64,000 bases of DNA from Octopus vulgaris. Its lineage: Eukaryota. The DNA lies in the NCBI GenBank assembly GCA_951406725.2, contig OX597833.1, positions 25,296,001 through 25,360,000 of the forward strand, given 5' to 3'. The position numbers and the translations under genes are program-made. Shown piece after piece: positions 52,767 through 64,000 of this stretch. Numbering within the stretch: position 1 is the first letter of the stretch; each line of letters opens with the position of its first letter. The notes beneath the pieces were generated by a model. It had not been told where the DNA came from. It was given only the letters and a program-made list of their open reading frames with translations, and ran no database searches.

Positions 52767-53894
52767 TCATGAAAGCACACATACACAAATACATAGTATT
52801 GTAAAGGATAGTATAGATATATTCACACATAAAAAATAACATCAGACACACACGCACTCTCACACACACAAACACATACGCAGATACAAACACACACACT
52901 CACACACACAAAAGCATATGCAAGCACACAATCATTCCATCACAGTGATATAGAACACAGCTGAAATATCCTACAAAACTCTTTAAGTGGTCCCATGATA
53001 TGCATGAAATAGCAAACAAATCCCCCTTAAATCACACTCTATTGTTTTGTCGCACTGGCTGGGGAAGAACGGTTTGCTCACTCGTAGATTGTCTTTCAAA
53101 GTAGGTCTGCCCAGTCAGACCAGACTGCAGATACAATCAGCAGCAACAATTACAACCATGAGTTACTTGCGTGGACCATCGTGTATTCCAACGTGTTAGA
53201 AATAACAGCAAAAATCACCTTCAAATCACTTCTTATTGCTTTAGATACAGTAAAGTCACCTTTGATAATATCATATAAGCTTAAACAGATGGATTGGACA
53301 CAACTTGAAAGCATTTGATCATAGATGTTCTGAAACGGAGTTGACCTGGAGTTAAATATCAACAACATGCACATATACTCACGTTCAGACATTCACATAT
53401 GTACAGACTCATCACCTCATTCACACAAATTCACCATACTGCAGTAAATAGGAGAATACACATACACGCTGCTACAATACATCTATTGATACACCGACAC
53501 AGGCACAAACCTACACAAATCTAATACATACATAGCACACTGCTCTAAACACGTGCATAAGCACGCAAATAGAAATACAATACGCTCAGAAATACATATG
53601 CACACATCTCATGGACGTATAAAGTATCAGATATGCGTACAGCCCTTCTGTGTTGAGTGTATATACACATATATCACGGTGACGTAGAAACGTATAAGCT
53701 CATTAAGAACAGAGATAATGCAGATAATTTTGTGATACGAAGTGTGTGACTGTATTGTAAGAAGCCCGCTCCCCAACCACATGGTTCCGAGTTCAGTTCC
53801 ACAACAGGGTTCCTTGGGTAGGTGTCTTCTACTACCAAAGTCTTCTTTGTGAGTGACGGAAAGTGAAAGAAACCCGCCGTGTATAAATAAATAC

Positions 53895-53949
<55 letters not shown>

Positions 53950-53992
53950 GGGGTGTGGACTTAATATATATATATATTTATTTTATAGAAGG

Positions 53993-54043
53993 AGCTTCTA
54001 CAGGACTAGAACTGTTTCATTCAAATGAAATAATCAGGAAGCT
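53993..54043 (-). ncRNA. Mirror copy of the 54071 hammerhead with G8->U
   Basis: Identical except the core reads CTGATTA (position 54032). Confidence 0.7.
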
Positions 54044-54070
54044 TGCTGTCAAAATCAAAATTTGACAGCA

Positions 54071-54121
54071 AGCTTCCTGATGATTTCATTTGAATGAAAC
54101 AGTTCTAGTCCTGTAGAAGCT
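54071..54121 (+). ncRNA. Type I hammerhead ribozyme with all three stems
   Basis: AGCTTC-CTGATGA-T-TTC-ATTT-GAA-T-GAAA-CAG-TTCTAGTC-CTG-T-A-GAAGCT. Predicted cleavage after GUA at 54115. Confidence 0.8.
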
Positions 54122-54203
54122 CCTTCTATAAAATAAATTAATTTACTCTGCTATGTATTGAGTACCTTATTTACTGTGGTTAACCCCGACTCAACCCGGG
54201 ACC

Positions 54204-54309
<106 letters not shown>

Positions 54310-54630
54310 ATATATATACACACATATATAATACATATACACACACATACATACCCATATATACATACATATATATATACACACACACTTATATACATAC
54401 ACAACATACACACAAATACACACACACACACACACACACACACGTATGTATATATATATAAGTATTGGGGTCAGTTGATGCTCCGGCCTGGCTGCAGACT
54501 AGTGATTGAAACAAGTAAAAGATAAAAAAAATAATAAAATACTTCCTAACCACATATGACGCTTACATATTTGCCAAACTGATGTAGAACATACACTAAT
54601 CTGATTGATATAGCTCGCATGCGCTTGATG

Positions 54631-54662
<32 letters not shown>

Positions 54663-55149
54663 GTATGAATGTATACTCGCTCGAAACTAACGTACAAACA
54701 ATTTACATTGGCCATACAGATAGAGAAAGTGCAATACATACACTCGTTTCGCCTCGGGTTAACCAATAGAAGCTGATCTCGGAACAGGATTATTTTAGCC
54801 ACATCATTTCAGTCTTTCTACAGATATAATTCAACTCGGACTACATAATCAAATGAACCGTATTTAAGAAACTAAAACCAAAACAAACAAAAACGGTAGC
54901 GTGGACTACGAGGAAGATTCTGCTACCGTTTCGAGAAGGTCGTGCAACTCTTTAGTGGCTCTCTTCTTGGATCAATCACACTGATATCAGAAATATGTTG
55001 ATACATCTAGTATATACATATAAGTGTGTATATCTATCTGTCTGTCTGTGCATGTATGCATGTAAGTATGTATTTATACGTGAGTGTGTATATATAATTG
55101 TATAAATGTTTCCAAGAGTATGCAAAAATGAAAAACGAAGATCACGTCT

Positions 55150-56690
55150 CACAATGTTTCGAGAAAGTCAGCCACTCCTACAAACTAGGCTACTCCTAGG
55201 ACCACAGTTCTTTCAAGGTCACCCTCCCAATCTTCGAAGAAACCTCACTGCTTTCTCACAGTCCTTAGTCTTTGCTACTTCTCAAACTGTAGCTGATTAC
55301 TTTGGTCTTCTGCAAAGGAATCTTACCAATTTTGCGGCAACCTCTATTCCAGAACATTGATATGTTCATTAGCGGTATTCCTGGGGGTGAAAACCCAATT
55401 TTCCCTATACATTTTGCGTCCAATGCCCCACAGCTGATCTTTCCAAAATACCCACTCCTTTTTCTACAAGCTCAGTAATATACACGCCTAGTGCGAAATT
55501 ACTGCTGTGCGCTCCCAACCAATGAGGCCACTGGTCTTGATGAAATTTCTCCCATTACATTTCACAATGTGTCCCTGAGTTAACCCAATCTTTACCAACA
55601 TTATTGATATTTCACGCTCTCTCTTTTTGTCTTTTTTACTCTATCTGTCTGTCGTTCAGGATATAACTTGATTATCAAACTACGTGAACTTCTTTGGAAA
55701 CACTCTTAAGTCCTATAACATGAAATTTTGTATGTTTAGTATTGTTGCAATCAACATTTGCAGAACATTCTTAAGCGTGTGGCACACGAATTTTATAATA
55801 AAATCTACCCACGTTGGTTTTTAGCCTGTGTTGAATAAGCCTACAATGAATCATTTTATCTACAGTTCTGTAAGCCAGGCTTTAGTGCGGCTCCTTACAT
55901 CAACCATATATTTTGACGAATTCTACAACAACATCTTCTCATTCAAAGATGATACTGTCATTCATTCTCCTTTAAACATCCGCACCCAAATGCCTTTCAA
56001 GTGTAGCCTAGACACTACTTGACAAATCTGCACTGGTTGTCTAACCTCAACAACATTATCCAGTTGTCCATCAGGTTCATGTCAGTCTTATCTCCTACTA
56101 CAACAAAATCCTTATCAGTGGACATATTAAGAAAACATTATCCCAACTCGTTCTGCTTGCATCTAGATTGTTTGCGATCCATAATCATTGATTATCTCTT
56201 GTTTACATAGGAAAAAACTACATCTCAAAACTACCTTAACCATGTTAACTAGGAAATGATTCAAATCTTAATAACTACTAACCATTTACAAAGGAGGGTA
56301 AAACTCATCTTAAAGTAGTACTCCTACATCTGGTCGGTGCCGCAGCTACACAAAGCGATATCCTAGACCGCATCTAAAGAAGGACCACACCACTAATTGT
56401 TATGAAGTTTCATCCCCCATCCAAATTCGATTCAGCCTCAAGCGAATGACGAGCTGCTTCTTTATTTTCTCTTGTACAACCTCCATTGTCTTTGTTCCTC
56501 CAAGCTGGCTGGTCTCATGCCACCTCGACACATGTACTTGAGTCATTCTTCTCTCCTTCCGTTACCCTCAGCCCCTCACTAAACACAACATTATCTCCTT
56601 TTACCGCATTCTTCCTCAGAACGTCGGTTCTGTTGCAGAGAATAATCTGAAATTTCTTAAAAGCAAAATCATCAGAAATCTCCAAAAGCC
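55150..56690 (+). pseudogene. Decayed CR1/Jockey-group LINE ORF2 (RT)
   Basis: Ordered remnants EATGLDEISP...CVPEL (~55525-55590), SFKDDTVIHS (~55940), IYKG...YSYIWS...ILDRI*RR (~56285-56385) and FFLRTSVL (~56610). Confidence 0.7.
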
Positions 56691-58199
56691 AATGTTGTTC
56701 ATGGACACAAATTCTTTCTCTAGACCAAACAAATAAGAATTAACAACAAAGACAACATCAAATACAACACAGTATACATATATATGCACAAACACAACTT
56801 CTATAGTAAACAGTTTCCTTGAAACAAGTTATATCTCCTCACCAAACAGATTCACTGCATGCTATTTTATTGATACATAACATTTCGTAGATGCTACACT
56901 AATGTAGACTCTAGGCTATGTCGAATACTATAGTGCTGTAGATATTGTGGCATCAGTTGGCACTATACTTAAGCTATACCGTACCATTCACTACATATGG
57001 TATTAGGTCGTTGCATACCTTACATTACATACACTAGATTCATACGCACACTCATGCTGATACACCTCGCGTACACAAACCACTCATATAGACTTTCGGC
57101 GATCGCCAATCAGGAAGTCTCTATGTGGTGGCACAACCCGCTACAATTAACCATGCAAATCTCTCTAAAATGTTATGCTACCATCCTGAAACGAGGGAGT
57201 TTGTTGTATGAAACCATCCTAAATAAACAATTCCAGAGACAAGGACCTGATAGTCTCAAATGAGGCGCCATTGATCATAAATCTGGCGGTTTAGGGTTGT
57301 CTTGAGGTTATAAAACAACAATCACTTTCAATGCTAACAATATATAATATGTAGGCAAGAATATTGATAAATCTCGTGTGCACATCGGCGATGGTTATTC
57401 TGGTTGTTACATCAACGGCATTGACATTTCATTAAATTATAGTGTCTAATTATTCTGTACAGATACTTGGACATTCAACATATTCCTCAGCAGAATCAAT
57501 GCGACACAGTGAGAAAGTTTCACCGACTTTTGAATTAAATACAAAGTCCACTTAATGGGATTCAGTGCAATTTTCTGCCTGCACACTTTATCTAATTTGT
57601 GTTGATTTTATTCATTGACAGAAAACACTTGTCGGTGCTGTAGTGGATTGAAACTGGAACTTCGGTCGTCATGATAACTTCATAACAATAAGCCAGAGGG
57701 AGACTTGCATTACACCCACAAACACAACTGACTGTATTCTTATATAATCATTTCTATTATAGTCTCAAGGCCTGAAATATGTGGGAAGTCGGTTTCTCAG
57801 TTACATCGATTGCAGCGCTCAGCTAGTACTTATTTCCTCGACCTCAAAAGGATGAATGGCAAATAGAGCTAAAAAAGACGTACGAAATGATGCTAAGCAT
57901 TTTCCCCGGCGTGTTGACGTTTCTGCTAGCTCGATGCCTACAGTATTCTAACATGATAAGAAATTCAATTAGAGCCACAAGGGTAGATATTTTGAGGAGA
58001 ATCTAGTCACTCCTTTCTATGCAAGTAATTGAGTGGTACCTTATTTTAGCGATCCCAAAATGCTGAAAAGAAAGTTGAATTTATGAGGAATTTGAATTCA
58101 GAACATAAACAACCGGAAGAAATACTGGGAGGCATTTTATCCAATACTCTAAATGTTCAACTCTTCCACCACTATTAATTTAAGGAGAAGGCCAGCAAC

Positions 58200-58404
58200 T
58201 TTGCGTAGCTGGTACCTTATTTATCGACGCCAAAAGGATGAAAGGCAAAGTCGACCTCGGGGGAATTTGAACTCAGAACGTAACGGCAGACGAGATACCG
58301 TTAAGCATTTCGCCCGGCGTGCTAACGTTTCTTATTTCTTTACTGCCCACAAGGGGCTACACACAGAGGGGACAAACAAGGACAGACAAACGGATTAAGT
58401 CGAT
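58200..58404 (-). mobile_element. SINE family 1, permuted tandem junction
   Basis: The tail of one unit is joined to the head and central domain of the next at ~58330. Confidence 0.8.
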
Positions 58405-59274
58405 TCCGGTTTGTCAGTTCCTTGGGGGCTCAGTGTTTCACTGATACTTTATTTTATTGACCTCGAAAGTATGAAAGTAAAAGTTGCCCTCGGGGAGACT
58501 TGAACTCACAGTGTAAAGAAACAAATCCTGTCAGAAGCTACAATGATTCTTCCAATCCACCACGTTATTTTATTTTATTATAAGAAGTATTAAGACCGTT
58601 TGAAATTTGTTCAGCTCTATGACTGGTAGCCACTGTGCAGTATATATATATATATATATAAGACTAAGTACATTAATGCAGTCAACGGTCTCTGCTTCAC
58701 CCTTGAGTCTTTATAGCATTCCTGACTCTCTGGACTGAATCTACTTAAGAGCCGTCAGCATCTAAGTAGATTCGATCCACTGACACGGGAGTACTTCTCC
58801 AACCTGCAAATGACCACGAGAAACGGGTAAACCAATTGTTAATTGGGTAATATGGTGGCAACAATATAATGAGGCATAATACAGCAGCAAATTGACAATA
58901 GACGAGTAGAAAGGAGATTTGATCAAAATTCGGCCAATAACTGTGAATTTTTTTTTTTTTTTTTTTTTGCATGGTCAGCCTTCAGTAAAATACGTCCTGC
59001 TCAACCGCCGGGATTAATTTCATCAACAACAGCCTTTCCCAAAACATGTCGTTTGTGTTAATGTTATGTTTTGCTATTTTTAATGATGGAGGTTAGCATT
59101 TGAGTGATAGAATTCTTCAACCACCCCATAAAACAAGTCAAATTCAGCAGTAACTGGACCTAGAACATAGAATTAAACCAATCTGTATTTTCACAAAATA
59201 TTTATTCTCTCCGCTACTTTAACAATTCTGCTAATCTGTTGTTCCTCACTCGTTTTTCTAAACACTTTTACCTA

Positions 59275-59570
59275 AATTTGACACAAGGCGAGCAATTTTA
59301 AGGTAAGGGGCTTGTCGATTACAATAACCACAGTACTCAGATGGTACTTATGTTATCGATCCCACCAAAAAGGATGTAAGACAAAGTTTACCTTGGTGGA
59401 ATTTGGGCACAAGGAAGGGAGTGAACAGTCTATTACATCGACCCTGGTAGATATTATATCGACTCCGAAAGGATAAGTCCACCTTAACGGAATTTGAACT
59501 CAGAATGTTAGAAGCCCGAAAGAAATGCCACTAAGCATTTTGTTCGACGCGCTAAAGATTCTGCCAGCTG
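59275..59570 (-). mobile_element. Decayed SINE family 1 copies
   Basis: GGAATTTGAACTCAGAATG...GAAATGCCACTAAGCATTTTG...GATTCTGCCAGCT. Confidence 0.7.
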
Positions 59571-60769
59571 GTTGTCTTTGTTTTTCTAAATAATAATATG
59601 TCTTATATAGATACAAGTGAAAAACATTTCTGTGAGTAAACGTCGTAACTGATAGAATCGATTCTCCGTTCTTCATTCGTATTGATTTTATCAACTACCG
59701 CAATCTACATAGAAAGAAAGGATCCAAATATTCGTCAAATTAGATCCCTGCAGGATAATGGAAATAAAAATTAAATGAAAAAATAAACAAAAAGAAGCCT
59801 TATAGTTATTAGAAATAGAAGATACAGACGTAGAGCAGTGAGAATAGAAACAGATATGAAAATGAGCGGCGGATTCAAATGATGATGTGTGTACTGTCGC
59901 TTCGCTGTGAATGTACTGCTTACCGTACAGAGACGGCTGCACGTCAGGGCGTATCTGTCTTACTGCAGACCTACTAGAAGTAGCAGCGACAGGGTGTGAT
60001 TAGAGGGTGATTCCGCTACTTTTGGGAAGTAGATCAAATGAATACATCAGAACACTCGCATGAAATCAAACTAGATTAATGGATGATTGAGTTAAGGCTA
60101 TTTAGAAGTAAGTGATAGGCATTGCTAGAACGTCTTTGGCGAAGGTCTATCAAATTTTAGACTAAAAGGCATTAAATAAGTTATTTAAAATAAGACCCTA
60201 TAACAGAGGTTTGTATTAAGTAATGTTTCACGAGCGCTTGCGCGCGCACACGCTTGCTTGTACACACAGGCACACGCTCGTATACACATTAACTATACAG
60301 GTCAGCTTGTACGTGCTTGTGTGTGCGTCATTGTATGTGTGTGCAGGTAGTGTGTGTGGGTCTGTGTGTTTGTGGCGTGTGTGTGTATGTGTGTTTGTGT
60401 GTGTGTGTATGTGTGTTTGTGTGTGTGAATACTTGCGCTCTAACGTGTATATATTTATAGCAATAGTAGTAAAATTCTAGAGTAATAATGCTTTCATTGA
60501 CTGACTGACTGAGAAACACGCTGGCGACGCACGCAGAGGGAAGTGCAGGGGAGAGTCAGAGAAAGAAAGAGAGACAGAGAAATAGAGAGAAACGAGAGAA
60601 GTAATACTTAGTGATTATGACGCTGATGATGAAAGCTTTGATAATAGTAGTAGTTAATAGCATATTCTATGAGAATGAAAGGGAGAAAAAGAAAGTGCCA
60701 CTACATAGAGGTTGAAGGAAAAATGCCCCACTTGTCCAGAAAATCGCATAGAGGCTTTTGGTTTAGAAA

Positions 60770-62488
<1,719 letters not shown>

Positions 62489-63280
62489 CAGAGGGGTGAA
62501 GACACAATATTATCTCTTATCATATTACTTTTATTATAATATTACTGATATTATTATTATTATTATTGTTGTTGTTGTTGTTGTTGTTGTTGTTATCATT
62601 ATCATCATTATTTTATCATATTCGTTTTACTCCTTTGTTTTCAATAGTTTTTCACACCGAGCATTATATTTCACCAGCTGGTGCACCTTTGTGCTTTCTG
62701 AGGTGTGTGGAAGCACTCTCTTTTGATAGATTGAAAACGTTCTCTTTACATCATGTTTAATATAACACGTTGTGCGGCCTTGTTTTTATTGTTTCTTTCT
62801 CGTACATTTGTTATGTGTTGTGAAAAAAGTTTTTATGTTGTTGGTATGAGATATTAGTTGCGTGTGGTATTGTATTGAGAGCTCATTGTATACAATGGGC
62901 GCTTTGGGAGTTTTGCGTAGTGTTTTTTTTTATGGTGAAATGATTGTGTAGAATATGAATGTGATTGAGCAAAATTTTGCAGCGTTATGCTGAGATGGTT
63001 GGAGTTGTGTATTGGAAAGTAATTGTATTGGATGTGCTGTATATTGGTTGTGGCATATTACTGTCAACTGATCGGAAAGAGTATATTCTATATTAGAATA
63101 TGTACGGTTTTATAGTACTGGAAGGTGACGGTGTGGAAAACGTGTTGTAAGGAATGTATGATAGTACTAAGGATGAGGCGTGGATTTTTGTATGATGAAT
63201 TAATTACCTAATTTTATTTAATCACTTTAAACATCTATGTAAAGTTGGTAAGCCATGACTGTCTGAGGAAGGTATATTTT

Positions 63281-63513
63281 TTATTTCTTTATTACCCACA
63301 AGGGGCTAAACATAGAGAGGACGAACAAGGACAGACAAAGGGATTAAGTCGATTACATCGACCCCAGTGTGTAACTGGTACTTATTAATTGACCCCGAAA
63401 AGGATGAAAGGCAAAGTCAACCTCGACGGAATTTGAACTCAGAACGTAACGGCAGACGAAATACCGCTAAGCATTTCGTCCGGCGTGCTAACGATTCTGC
63501 CAGCTAGCCGCCT
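63281..63513 (-). mobile_element. SINE family 1, full length
   Basis: Head AAGGCGGCTAGCTGGCAGAATCGTTAGCACGCCGG through the tail TAAAGAAATA. Confidence 0.9.
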
Positions 63514-64000
63514 TCATATAACATTTATGCAATACAATGAACGAAAACAAAACGCAAATATAAGAGAAAATGCACAGATAGAAAACCGTAGACTGTAGCT
63601 TCCACGATTTATGAAACCTTATTTATGATTGGTGGATCTTTGAAAATAAATTGCACCTCCAGCCTTAGCAGTCTTTTTACGACCATTTTGAAATGTCCTC
63701 TCGCTCAGAGCAGCAATTTTTGCAATCGAACAAGTGATGCCATAATGTTTTTGATTAGTCTCCATAAGCACACAAAAGTGATTCCATATGACCTGTTCGG
63801 GATAGAATATAGATGAAAGGAATCTATAGAAGATGTTCAGTATAAATTTATTTTTTATAGTTGTAAGGCTCACTTGCTATATATTTCAACAAAACCTTCT
63901 CACAAATAATAACGTATAACTATAAGATAATAAATATAAGGTACATTCACGCAATGACAAGACACACTGTAATTTTTGGTTCGCCACTTTTCTTTACTGC

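Overview
This is AT-rich (my estimate) eukaryotic non-coding DNA, very probably from an Octopus genome, judged from the SINE sequences I recognise and the dense microsatellites. I find no intact host protein-coding exon; almost all ORFs in the track are microsatellite artefacts. The window is a mosaic of tRNA-derived SINEs (at least three families), non-autonomous Helitrons, decayed RTE, CR1-group and R4/Dong LINE fragments, an old ~4.5 kb inverted duplication and many simple repeats. The main signal is nine type I hammerhead-ribozyme (HHR) motifs from about seven unrelated short repeat families. Most of these sit in (TA)n tracts, and several have the inverted-terminus structure typical of Penelope-like elements (PLEs). 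They include natural core variants: G3:C8, possibly U3:A8, and U6. The most unusual element occurs twice: tRNA-derived Pol III head - (AAT)n - R4/Dong 3' end - (AAT)n - HHR - PLE-type tail. This suggests a ribozyme-carrying, PLE-mobilised SINE whose microsatellite is targeted by a second retroelement. Weak splice and poly(A) signals suggest the window lies within a long minus-strand transcript. All calls were made by eye; no searches were run and repeat boundaries are approximate.
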